64,000 nucleotides of DNA. Source: Acidobacteriota bacterium. Its GTDB lineage: Bacteria; Acidobacteriota; UBA6911. The notes under the pieces were generated by a model. It saw nothing but the letters and a program-made list of their open reading frames with translations. It was not told the DNA's origin and ran no database searches. Within the stretch, counting starts at the first letter, position 1; each line of letters begins with the position of its first letter. Where the stretch lies: NCBI GenBank assembly GCA_963664705.1, contig OY761556.1, positions 2,048,001 to 2,112,000 on the forward strand. The letters are read 5' to 3'. The position numbers and the translations under genes are program-made. Of this stretch, positions 51,617 through 61,129 are shown in pieces.

Positions 51617-52735
51617 ATGAATCTGGATACTTTGCTCAGAGTTATGGTTTCCAAGGGCGCATCCGATTTGCACCTGAAAGTAAACTGCTTTCCCCACGTC
51701 CGGATCAACGGAGAACTCGTGCCCTTGGCCGACCAGGGGAAACTGGGTAAGGAAGATTCGCTGATGATGGCTTTTTCCATCATGAATGCCAAACAAAAAG
51801 AGCGGTTCAGGGATACAGCGGAAGTAGATATCGGCTATGGCGTGCGCGGCCTGGGTAGGTTCCGTGTCAACGTATTCCAGCAACGCGGCAATGTCTCGGT
51901 CGCAATCCGCGCCGTCCCCACCGCTATCTCGACTTTTGAGGAACTCTATCTTCCGGGCATCCTCGAAACCATCACCAACGAGCCCAGAGGATTGGTTCTC
52001 GTGACGGGAACTACCGGATCCGGAAAATCCACGACCATTGCCTCCATGTTGAATTACATCAACCAACACACCATGCGCCACATCATCACCGTGGAAGATC
52101 CGATCGAATTTCTTTACACCGACCGGATGAGCCTGATCAGTCAGCGCGAAATTGGAGTGGATGCCTACAGTTTTGCCGGAGCCCTGCGCAGCGCTCTGCG
52201 TCAGGACCCTGACGTAATCCTCGTCGGTGAAATGCGCGACCTGGAAACAATTGAAACGGCCCTGATTGCCGCCGAAACCGGCCACCTGGTTTTCTCCACC
52301 CTGCATACGCTGGATGCCGTCGAAACTATCAACCGTATCATCGCGGTGTTTCCGATCCACCAGCAAAGACAGATCCGCCTCCAGCTTTCCATGGTGTTGA
52401 AGGCGGTCATCTCCATGCGACTGATGCGCCGGACCGATCTTCCCGGTCGCGTTCCCGCCATCGAAATCATGCGGACAACCGACTTCATTAAGAGCTGCGT
52501 TGTCGATCCCGATAAAACGCGATTGCTGCGCGAAGCCATCGCGGCAGGGACATCCCAGTACGGAATGCAAACCTTCGATCAATCCATCTACGAGCACTGG
52601 AAGGCCGGTCGAATCACGCTGGAAGATGCCTTGAGCTATTCCACGAATCCCGAAGAATTCAAACTCAGGGTGCAGGGCATCTATACAACCAAAGATGCCG
52701 CGATCGAATCGATGGAAAATGAGATGGCGCGTTAG
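51617..52735 (+). CDS. pilT: Type IV pilus retraction ATPase, PilT/PilU family
   Basis: ASDLHL, TGTTGSGKSTT, EDPIE, ALRQDPDVILVGEMRD, TGHLVFSTLHT, GMQTFDQ. Confidence 0.93.
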   Translation: MNLDTLLRVMVSKGASDLHLKVNCFPHVRINGELVPLADQGKLGKEDSLMMAFSIMNAKQKERFRDTAEVDIGYGVRGLGRFRVNVFQQRGNVSVAIRAVPTAISTFEELYLPGILETITNEPRGLVLVTGTTGSGKSTTIASMLNYINQHTMRHIITVEDPIEFLYTDRMSLISQREIGVDAYSFAGALRSALRQDPDVILVGEMRDLETIETALIAAETGHLVFSTLHTLDAVETINRIIAVFPIHQQRQIRLQLSMVLKAVISMRLMRRTDLPGRVPAIEIMRTTDFIKSCVVDPDKTRLLREAIAAGTSQYGMQTFDQSIYEHWKAGRITLEDALSYSTNPEEFKLRVQGIYTTKDAAIESMENEMAR

Positions 52736-52878
52736 CCCACTGCATTCCGCATACCCGGTGCATTATCTTACCGCCGCATCCATGCCCCTTTAAGGGACCA
52801 TGTCGGCTCTGCAAGTTATTGCGATGTTTTCGCGATGATTCGTGGAATTTGCTCCATGGAATCTGTGATAATCGTGCT

Positions 52879-53382
52879 GTGGACGAAACATTTAAAATTC
52901 TGATGCAAAAGGCCGGGGCGCTGTTGGCACGCCGCGCTTACAGCCGCGCCGAGTTGGGCAATCGCCTCGCCCGATTTGCCGGGGAATTTCCCCTGGATAC
53001 TATTCTGGATCGGCTGGAGCAGCTGAACCTTCTCAATGACGCCGATTATGCGTATAATTTTGCTCTTTGCCGCATGAAGCAGGATGGCTGGGGGCCATCA
53101 AAGATTCAACGCTCCCTCCTCCTCCATCAGGTTGAGCAAAGCATCATTGATGCAGCCCTTTTGAGGGTCGAAAATGAACTGGGCCGGGGCACCGCCATTG
53201 AGCGTTATGTGCAGGAATACTTCGCAAAAAAAGGGCAGCCTGCCGATTTGAAAGCGCTCCGCAGATTCGTTGCGCACCTGGGTCACAAGGGCTTTGATGA
53301 GGATGGCATTGTAAGTGTGTTGAGACGGATGGTTCCCGCAAACCTATGGCACCGATTCGAGACAGGAGAGTCCATTGAATAG
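52879..53382 (+). CDS. recX: Regulatory protein RecX
   Basis: LLARRAYSRAEL, LND..YA, GP.KI...L, L..KGF; overlaps the alaS start. Confidence 0.85.
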   Translation: MDETFKILMQKAGALLARRAYSRAELGNRLARFAGEFPLDTILDRLEQLNLLNDADYAYNFALCRMKQDGWGPSKIQRSLLLHQVEQSIIDAALLRVENELGRGTAIERYVQEYFAKKGQPADLKALRRFVAHLGHKGFDEDGIVSVLRRMVPANLWHRFETGESIE

Positions 53383-56008
53383 CAGCAATCAAATTCGTGA
53401 AACCTTTCTTAAATACTTCGAACAGAATGGTCACAAAATCGTATCCAGCTCCTCGCTGATTCCATTCAATGACCCCACACTCCTGTTCACCAATGCGGGC
53501 ATGAATCAATTCAAGGATATCTTCCTTGGAAATGAAACCAGGCCCTATAAAAGGTCGACTACAAGCCAGAAATGCATGCGGGTGAGCGGCAAGCACAACG
53601 ACTTTAAGGATGTCGGCCACTCCTTCCGTCACCACACATTCTTTGAAATGCTCGGCAATTTTTCCTTCGGCGACTATTTCAAGAAGGATGCGGTCCATTT
53701 TGCATGGGAACTGCTAACCCGGAAAGTCGGTCTCGATCCCCGCAGGCTTTGGGTCACCGTTTATCGCGATGACGACGAAGCCTGGGAAATCTGGCACAAG
53801 CAGGAAAACATACCCGAAAACAAAATCATGCGCCTCGGAGAGGCCGACAATTTCTGGGCCATGGGAGATACCGGCCCCTGCGGACCCTGTTCCGAATTGC
53901 ATTACGATTTCGGCAAGAGCCCGCTGCCCGACCATGGGGAATGCGATCTGACCTGCTCCTGCGGCCGCTGGGTAGAGGTCTGGAATCTTGTATTTATGCA
54001 ATACAACCGCGATGCCGGCGGGAACATGAACCCGCTCCCTTCCCCCTCTATTGATACAGGCATGGGCTTTGAGCGCATCACTACGGTACTGCAGGAAAAG
54101 ACCTCAAACTACGACACCGACCTCTTCCAGCCCCTGCTGAATGAAATCGGGCAGATTGCAAACACCGAGTACGGCGCCAATCCGAACGATGATGTCTCGA
54201 TGAGAATTATCGCCGATCATGCCCGAGCCGCCACTTTTGTGATCGGCGATGGGCAGTATCCCGGCAATGACAAACGCGGCTACGTATTGCGCAAGATCAT
54301 GCGTCGGGCCATGGTGCACGGCAAAAGACTTGGGATTGAGGATCCATTCATTTACAAAGTCGCGGGAACAGTGATCGAGCACATGAAAGGCGCCTATCCC
54401 GAGCTCATTCAATCTCGTGAAACCATTGCCCGCGTGATTCGCCGCGAAGAAGACTCCTTCGCCGGAACCCTGGGAGAGGGGTTGAAGGATTTTAACGATC
54501 GCGCCAAAAAACTGAAAGCCACCGGATCCCGAACGCTTCCGGGAGAAGATGCCTTCTTCCTTTATGACACGCGCGGACTACCGCTGGAAATCATTGAGGA
54601 TCTGGCACAGGAAAACGGGCTTGTAGTTGATGAAGCAGCCTTTACCAAGGCGTTTGAAACACAGCGGGAGCGCTCCAGACAGGACTATCAGTCCGGAAAG
54701 ATACGTCCAGAAGTTGCCCAGGCTCTATTTGAAGGCAAAACCACCTTTGCCGGGTATGGCCTCGAGGGGCCATTGCCCGCATCGATCCTGGCCATTATTG
54801 TCGACGGAGAAAGAGCGGAAATCATCGAGGCGGGACAATCCGGCGAAGTGGTTCTGGATGCCACGCCTTTTTATGCCGAATCCGGCGGCCAGGTTGGAGA
54901 CACCGGGCTTATCACCAAGGATCAAAGCCGTGCGCGTGTAGTGAACACCAACTATCGCGGCACCACCATTACGCATCAGGTCCAGATTGAAGCAGGATCC
55001 CTGCAGGTAGGCGATGCGATCGAGGCCTCCGTTGACCTGGAAAAGCGCCGGCTAACCATGAAAAACCATACCGCAACGCATCTGCTGCAGGCTGCCTTGC
55101 AAAGAGTTCTGGGCTCCCAGGTGAAGCAGGCCGGGTCCATGGTCTCTCCGGATCGACTTCGATTCGACTTCACTCACTACGCTCCTTTGACACCGGCGGA
55201 AATACAGAAGATCGAGGACTTGGTCAATGAACAGATCTGGCGCAATGCCGCGGTTGAGACAACCGTAATGGATTTGGACGCCGCTATGAAATCGGGCGCA
55301 ATGGCACTTTTTGGAGAAAAATACCAGGAATCCGTACGTGTTGTTGAGATCCCCGGATTCAGCAAAGAACTGTGCGGAGGCACCCATGTCCCCGCCACCG
55401 GAACCATTGGGCTTTTCAAGATCGTCAGCGAAGGGGGGATTTCCGCCGGAATCAGGCGAATCGAAGCCGTTACCGGTCCTGGTTCGCTCGCCCGCTTCCG
55501 CGCCGGCGAAAGCCTCCTGGACATCGTTCAAATGGATAACAAAATTGCCCGACAGGATATCCCGGCCTTCATCGAAAGATTGCAGACACAGGTTAGGGAT
55601 TTGCAAAAGCAGATTCTTGATCTGAAAGCGCAGTCGGCGCGATCCAACATCGGCTCCATGCTGGCCCAGACCAAGGATGTCAAGGGCGTCAAGGTGCTGG
55701 CCCAGGTGCTTTCCGGCGCCGATCGCACCAGCCTCCGCAATCTGGCGGATGAGCTCAAACAGAAACTCGGATCCGGAATTGTCGTATTGGGAACACCCCA
55801 GGATGGCAAGCCGGCCCTGGTCGTTATGGTTACCAACGATATTGCAAAAAAAGTACCCGCCGGCCAGATCATCAAGCAAATTGCTCCACTTGTAGGAGGA
55901 GCCGGCGGCGGCAAGCCGGAACTTGCAGAAGCCGGTGGCAAAGATGCATCCAAGCTTGCCGAAGCTATCGAACATAGTTATTCTGTAGTCGAGAACTTGT
56001 TGAAATAG
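53375..56008 (+). CDS. alaS: Alanine--tRNA ligase
   Basis: DPTLLFTNAGMNQFK, HHTFFEMLGNFSFGDYFK, NHTATHLL, ELCGGTH. Confidence 0.98.
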   Translation: MNSSNQIRETFLKYFEQNGHKIVSSSSLIPFNDPTLLFTNAGMNQFKDIFLGNETRPYKRSTTSQKCMRVSGKHNDFKDVGHSFRHHTFFEMLGNFSFGDYFKKDAVHFAWELLTRKVGLDPRRLWVTVYRDDDEAWEIWHKQENIPENKIMRLGEADNFWAMGDTGPCGPCSELHYDFGKSPLPDHGECDLTCSCGRWVEVWNLVFMQYNRDAGGNMNPLPSPSIDTGMGFERITTVLQEKTSNYDTDLFQPLLNEIGQIANTEYGANPNDDVSMRIIADHARAATFVIGDGQYPGNDKRGYVLRKIMRRAMVHGKRLGIEDPFIYKVAGTVIEHMKGAYPELIQSRETIARVIRREEDSFAGTLGEGLKDFNDRAKKLKATGSRTLPGEDAFFLYDTRGLPLEIIEDLAQENGLVVDEAAFTKAFETQRERSRQDYQSGKIRPEVAQALFEGKTTFAGYGLEGPLPASILAIIVDGERAEIIEAGQSGEVVLDATPFYAESGGQVGDTGLITKDQSRARVVNTNYRGTTITHQVQIEAGSLQVGDAIEASVDLEKRRLTMKNHTATHLLQAALQRVLGSQVKQAGSMVSPDRLRFDFTHYAPLTPAEIQKIEDLVNEQIWRNAAVETTVMDLDAAMKSGAMALFGEKYQESVRVVEIPGFSKELCGGTHVPATGTIGLFKIVSEGGISAGIRRIEAVTGPGSLARFRAGESLLDIVQMDNKIARQDIPAFIERLQTQVRDLQKQILDLKAQSARSNIGSMLAQTKDVKGVKVLAQVLSGADRTSLRNLADELKQKLGSGIVVLGTPQDGKPALVVMVTNDIAKKVPAGQIIKQIAPLVGGAGGGKPELAEAGGKDASKLAEAIEHSYSVVENLLK

Positions 56009-56172
56009 AATAAATCACGGCAAATTGTGATTTTGCTAACAGAATAATTGTGACGGATGGCCGAAGATCTGTTTGGGTCTCCTGATTTCTGAAATTTGAT
56101 TTTTTGTTTAGACTTTTTTGCCTCCCCGGGTATCTGTTTAGTTTGTTTTCGGATCGGGAGACGCATTTTGAT

Positions 56173-56913
56173 ATGAAGAGACTGCTATTCTGGCTTTTTA
56201 CCGTTTTCACATTCCTGGTTTTTTCTGCCCTTTCCTATGGACAGGCGTTGTACACCTATACGGATGAAAACGGTGTTCAGAATATTACGAATATTCCGCC
56301 GGTTCGCCGCGTGGCCGATTTAACGATCAGCGGCGCACCCGAGCCGGTGGCAGTTCCAGCTCCCGCCTCTCCGGCCGAGCCAAAATCGAAGAATTTCGAT
56401 CCTATCATCGAAAAAGTCGCGGCTGAACATCAACTCGACCCCTCGCTTATTCGCTCGATCATAGCCCAGGAATCGGGCTTTAACGCGAAAGCCGTCTCAC
56501 CCAAGGGCGCCCGGGGATTGATGCAGTTAATGCCGGCAACTGCGGAACGACTCGGGGTAAAAAACAGCTTCGATCCTGAACAGAACATCCAGGGCGGAGT
56601 TAAGCATTTTCGCGGCCTGATGAACAATTTCAACAACAATCTGGAATTGAGCCTGGCGGCCTATAATGCAGGTGAAAATCTCGTACAGCGACTGGGACGA
56701 GTCCCTTCCATTCCAGAAACTAAAAACTACGTACAATCCATAACAACGCGATATGGCAAAAAGGCCCCTCTGGCGGCCAAAACGCCAGCTCCCCCGGAAC
56801 ACCCTCCCATCTTCCAGTTTGTCGATGACGGGGGAATCCAGAATTGGACCAACATCCCTCCTCAAAATGTGAATTACCTGCACAGGGACACTGGAATCCA
56901 AAGTCAGAATTGA
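56173..56913 (+). CDS. Exported lytic transglycosylase (SLT domain)
   Basis: Signal peptide; QESGFN..AVS.KGA.GLMQLMP, AAYNAG, ETKNYV. Confidence 0.92.
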   Translation: MKRLLFWLFTVFTFLVFSALSYGQALYTYTDENGVQNITNIPPVRRVADLTISGAPEPVAVPAPASPAEPKSKNFDPIIEKVAAEHQLDPSLIRSIIAQESGFNAKAVSPKGARGLMQLMPATAERLGVKNSFDPEQNIQGGVKHFRGLMNNFNNNLELSLAAYNAGENLVQRLGRVPSIPETKNYVQSITTRYGKKAPLAAKTPAPPEHPPIFQFVDDGGIQNWTNIPPQNVNYLHRDTGIQSQN

Positions 56914-57020
56914 TCTTCAGATTCTGTCATCCACAGCGCGGCTCTGTTCGCCCGACTGTCCCGCCGGAATTATCTCTCTGCAAGTACCTTAATTTTCAAT
57001 AAGTTCTAAACAATTAGCGC

Positions 57021-57049
57021 TTGACATAGCCCCGCCCCCCCATTATTAT
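57021..57049 (+). promoter_or_regulatory. Sigma-70 promoter, probably leaderless, for the amidase operon
   Basis: TTGACA-17 nt-TATTAT ending 7 nt before ATG 57057; no SD. Confidence 0.7.
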
Positions 57050-57056
57050 TCAGGCC

Positions 57057-59303
57057 ATGAAATTGACCCGGTGCGTCGCATGTCCTTCGCGCACAATATT
57101 CGGTCTTGTTGTCTCTTTGGCACTCCTATTCCCTGCATCTTTCATAGCCGCGCATCGGTGGGACTCCCAGGGGGCGGCGGCCGCGTTTAAACTTGCACGC
57201 GAAAAGCGGGCTGAAATCGCGGCAACAGCTAAGCCAACGCTGGATCAATACCTGGATTGTGCCAAAACCTACCGAAAAGTTCACGGCAAAGACCCTCACT
57301 ATGGCCGGACAGGGGATGCCATTTACGAAGAAGCACTCATCTATCAGGAAGCGGCCGAGAAATTTTCCAAGCCTGAATACTTTAAAACGGCCGCGGCAAG
57401 ATTCCGCCTGCTTGTGAAGGAATACGGGGGAACCGCCAGCTGTCGCGATGCGCTGGTCCGACTTGGATTCATCTACTCCAAGCGACTCGATGATCAGACT
57501 GCCGCCGACGAGGTTTATCGTTCACTGCAAAGCCAATACCGTTATTCTGCCGAAGCGATCAAAAGAATTCGGAATGAATCGCCTGTGCCCCCTGCGCGTC
57601 CCGAACCAGCCGCTGTGCAGGAAAAGCCCGAACTGCCGAAGGCTCAAGCCCCATCTGAAACGTCTCCCGGTTCCCTATCCACGGTTCAGAGCATCCGCTT
57701 CTGGTCGACAAACGACTATACGCGGGTGCTGATTGACATGGATTCCGACGCCCGGTACACCAAGGAACAACTGCATAATCCAGACAGGGTGTATTTTGAC
57801 ATTGCGAATTCCAAAATCAGCCGCGATTTGAACCGCGACATCCGGCTGACCGACGGTATCGTGAAGCAGATTCGCCTGGCAACCAATCGCGCCAATGTCG
57901 TTCGGATCGTGTTGGACACCACCGAAACGGGAGATTTCTCCGTATCCGAAATGCATGATCCCTTCCGGATAGTTGTCGATCTTCGAAAAAAGGGATCGCC
58001 GGCCCCCGCCGCAGCGGAGCCGAATCCATCCAGCGCTGTGAGGCCTCCGGAAATCACGACTTCAAAACCGGGTCCGCCGCCACAAGCCGTCACGGAGTTG
58101 AAGCCGGCTGCGCCAAAAAGCAGTTTTCCCGCTAAGTCAAATGAAGTGCCGAATGGCGGCAAAGATAAGCCCGCGGCTCCACCGATCGTGGAATCCCCGG
58201 CAATGGTTGCAGAGTCAAAGTCGCTAAAACCGCCGTCTGTAACCGATATACCGCCGCCCATAACAACTCCGGCCAAACCGGCAAGAGTTGCGACATCGGC
58301 GGAGGGAGATACCGCAGCCGCCACCCGGCAGGGCGATAAGCTGCCACCATCCAATCAGGCACCGCCCGCCCGGATGGCTCCATCGGCCCCGCTCAAAGCT
58401 GAACCTGCGCACGCCGGTGCCTCAGAACCTGGGCCGGTCGATTCCAGGACTTCAACTGCAAGATTGGATCCTGACGTCAAGAGCAGCAAGCCCAAAACCC
58501 CGCTTGTACCCAAGCAGGATTCCTTGCCGCTCCCCAAGCAGTCGGAACCGACTAGCAAGGGGGATCGAACGCTGACACGCATGCTTGGTCTTAAGGTAGG
58601 ACGCATTGTTATCGACCCCGGGCATGGCGGCCATGATCAAGGCAGCATTGGGCCCGGAGGGTTGCTGGAAAAGGACTTGGTTTTGTCCATCGCTCAATCC
58701 CTTGGAAAGATGCTGGAAGAAAAGCTGGGAGCGGAGGTTGTCTTAACCAGGCAAGATGATACGTTTGTTCCTCTGGAAGAGCGCACCGCAATTGCCAACC
58801 AGCACAAAGCCGATCTCTTTGTCTCGATACATGCCAATTCCAGCAGGATTCGATCCATAAGCGGAGTTGAAACGTATTACCTGGATTTTGCCAAAACCGA
58901 TTCAGAACGGGAAATTGCGGCTCGCGAAAATGCCACCTCCGCCAACAATGTCCGCGATCTCGAAGATCTTATCAAAAAGATCGCGCAGGCCGATAAATCC
59001 TCTGAATCCAGGGAACTGGCATCGATATTGCAAAAAAAGCTCTTCTCCGGCGTCCGGCAGGTGATCCCTTTGAGCAACAACCGCGGCGTCCGCAGCGCTC
59101 CCTTTATCGTACTGATCGGAGCCAATATGCCGTCGGTACTTGCAGAAGTGTCCTTTATCAGTAATCCTAAAGATGAAAAACTTTTGAAAAAGGATGCTTT
59201 CCGGCAGACTCTGGTCAGAGCTCTCTTTTCGGGCATCGACGGCTATATGAAAACGCTCGGAAGTGATGTGGTTCATAATCAGGCAGCCAGTCAAGGCAAA
59301 TGA
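57057..59303 (+). CDS. N-acetylmuramoyl-L-alanine amidase (TPR-like region, AMIN domain, Pro-rich linker, Amidase_3)
   Basis: NPDRVYFD AMIN motif; IDPGHGGHD, EKD, SIHANS, PSVLAE. Confidence 0.93.
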   Translation: MKLTRCVACPSRTIFGLVVSLALLFPASFIAAHRWDSQGAAAAFKLAREKRAEIAATAKPTLDQYLDCAKTYRKVHGKDPHYGRTGDAIYEEALIYQEAAEKFSKPEYFKTAAARFRLLVKEYGGTASCRDALVRLGFIYSKRLDDQTAADEVYRSLQSQYRYSAEAIKRIRNESPVPPARPEPAAVQEKPELPKAQAPSETSPGSLSTVQSIRFWSTNDYTRVLIDMDSDARYTKEQLHNPDRVYFDIANSKISRDLNRDIRLTDGIVKQIRLATNRANVVRIVLDTTETGDFSVSEMHDPFRIVVDLRKKGSPAPAAAEPNPSSAVRPPEITTSKPGPPPQAVTELKPAAPKSSFPAKSNEVPNGGKDKPAAPPIVESPAMVAESKSLKPPSVTDIPPPITTPAKPARVATSAEGDTAAATRQGDKLPPSNQAPPARMAPSAPLKAEPAHAGASEPGPVDSRTSTARLDPDVKSSKPKTPLVPKQDSLPLPKQSEPTSKGDRTLTRMLGLKVGRIVIDPGHGGHDQGSIGPGGLLEKDLVLSIAQSLGKMLEEKLGAEVVLTRQDDTFVPLEERTAIANQHKADLFVSIHANSSRIRSISGVETYYLDFAKTDSEREIAARENATSANNVRDLEDLIKKIAQADKSSESRELASILQKKLFSGVRQVIPLSNNRGVRSAPFIVLIGANMPSVLAEVSFISNPKDEKLLKKDAFRQTLVRALFSGIDGYMKTLGSDVVHNQAASQGK

Positions 59304-60394
59304 AATATATCGCGATTCTTCTCTTCATATTTGTCATCGCCGTGTCTACCGCCACGGCCCAGATAGAGCTTTTGTCCGGCAGCTATTTTCCTGCGGAGTT
59401 TGAATTCAGTGAGCTTGCCAAAATCACAGCGCAGGAAAACATCGAAGATTCAGCCCGCCTCACCAAAGTTGAAGACAAAGAGCTCATTACGGACGTTGGC
59501 TTTGTCAAATACGCCCGGCGTGCCTATACCACGCCAGACAAGGGTACGCTTTCCATCGAGATATTTACCTTGCTGGACAAGCGGGCAGCCTATTCGCTGC
59601 AGACGCTCCTGCGAACAGGCGATTTGCAGGATGGGCCTCCCGGCGATATCTTCACAACCACTCCCAATGGGCTGCTGTTTTCCCACGGTAGGTTTTGGGT
59701 CCGAATCAAGGGGGCTGGCGTCCCTGCCGACCTGATCAAACGCGTTGCGGTCTCGATCAGCAATCGCATGGGAACAGCCCGCTCCAAACCTCCATCTCTT
59801 ATCTCTCATCTCCCAAAGAGCGGCTTTGATCGCACCAGCCTTCGCTATTACCCGGGAGTAACTGCCTTCCGCGCCTATTCGGGAAAGGTTGGAGGTACAC
59901 CGCTCAAGATTGAGCTGGACGCTGAAATTGCCCAGGCGCGCTACACGCTGAATGGCCGAACTGGAACCCTTTCGCTGATCAGCTTTCCTACAAAGGAAAT
60001 TGCTGAAGACTTTTTTGCGGAGCTTTCGGCCCAACCGGCCGAAAAGAAAGGGGGAGAGAAATCTTTTGCCAAGAAGGCCGGTCCTATCGTTGGAATTCTC
60101 GTGGGACCATTTGACCCGGCCAGCGCAAACAGGATTCTAGGCACGATTCAATACAGCTATTCAGTCAAATGGGTGCATGAAAAGGGCCAGAACCAGAAAA
60201 CGACCTGGGGAGTTCCGGTCGGCATTTTGTCGACAGTCGTAAAATCGCTGTTTTTTGTTGTTTTATTATTCGCAGCCTCGATATTGGTAGGAATTGGGTT
60301 TGCAATCTTTCGAGTGTTCCTGAAAAAACGGGCGCCCAGGCATTCGCCCGACGGCCAGGATCCCGACGAAATGACACGGTTGAAAATGCAATGA
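59300..60394 (+). CDS. Exported protein with C-terminal TM anchor (DUF6599-like)
   Basis: Signal peptide, C-terminal TM helix, ATGA overlaps on both sides; family name recalled, not searched. Confidence 0.7.
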   Translation: MKYIAILLFIFVIAVSTATAQIELLSGSYFPAEFEFSELAKITAQENIEDSARLTKVEDKELITDVGFVKYARRAYTTPDKGTLSIEIFTLLDKRAAYSLQTLLRTGDLQDGPPGDIFTTTPNGLLFSHGRFWVRIKGAGVPADLIKRVAVSISNRMGTARSKPPSLISHLPKSGFDRTSLRYYPGVTAFRAYSGKVGGTPLKIELDAEIAQARYTLNGRTGTLSLISFPTKEIAEDFFAELSAQPAEKKGGEKSFAKKAGPIVGILVGPFDPASANRILGTIQYSYSVKWVHEKGQNQKTTWGVPVGILSTVVKSLFFVVLLFAASILVGIGFAIFRVFLKKRAPRHSPDGQDPDEMTRLKMQ

Positions 60395-61071
60395 AAGTTG
60401 ACCTGATTCGAACCGTTCCACTGTTTTCCACACTGAGCGACGACGAGTTTAATCAGCTGTCGCACATCTTCGTCGCCCGCGCATACCGCAAAAACCAGGT
60501 TATTTTCCTTGAAGAAGAAACCGGCAATTACATGTACCTGGTTCTGTCCGGAAAAGTAAAGGTTGCCAAGGCAGGAGCCGGCGGCAAAGAAACCATTCTG
60601 GCCATTCATCGAACGGGAGACTTCTTTGGAGAGATGTCCCTGCTTGATGGAAAAACCGCACCGGCGACCGTGTCCGCAATGGAGGATTCAAGAATCATCT
60701 CCGTCAGTGGAACCGACTTTCACAAATATCTGCTGCACAATGAGAAAGTAATGCTGCAAATCATCCAGGTTCTCTGCGGCAGACTCCGGCAGGTTTGGCA
60801 GACGCAGAGCCTCAACTCGAGCACAGCCGATGCAAGAATCCGCAGAGGCGTATACGACCTGGCCAAACGTCATGGCATCCGTGATGCCCATGGCACCATC
60901 ATCGATCTCAAGATAACCCATCAGGAATTGGCGGAAATGGTGGGTACATCCCGCGAAACGGTGACGCGCGTACTCACGCGTCTTCGTGAACAGGGCGTCA
61001 TCGAAATCGACCAGCGTCGCATTACCCTACTGGACGCCAAGGCCCTCCTTGCGGATGATGAGGATCAGTAG
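60391..61071 (+). CDS. Crp/Fnr-family transcriptional regulator
   Basis: GDFFGEMSL cNMP-binding fold; HTH THQELAEMVGTSRETVTR. Confidence 0.95.
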   Translation: MKVDLIRTVPLFSTLSDDEFNQLSHIFVARAYRKNQVIFLEEETGNYMYLVLSGKVKVAKAGAGGKETILAIHRTGDFFGEMSLLDGKTAPATVSAMEDSRIISVSGTDFHKYLLHNEKVMLQIIQVLCGRLRQVWQTQSLNSSTADARIRRGVYDLAKRHGIRDAHGTIIDLKITHQELAEMVGTSRETVTRVLTRLREQGVIEIDQRRITLLDAKALLADDEDQ

Positions 61072-61129
61072 CACGGATCTCACTGGAAGCGCCGCCATCC
61101 CGGATGCATTTCCAGCGGACCCCACGCTC

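Noticed and set aside
51506-52597. Long antisense ORFs, e.g. 363 aa opposite pilT, 307 aa opposite alaS, 286 aa opposite the protease gene
   Set aside because: Shadow ORFs of conserved genes with no motifs of their own.
61083-61114. CTGGAAGCGCCG motif shared in inverted form with about 30128-30140, a possible second REP family
   Set aside because: Only about 12-17 nt of similarity in two places, too little to support without a genome-wide count.
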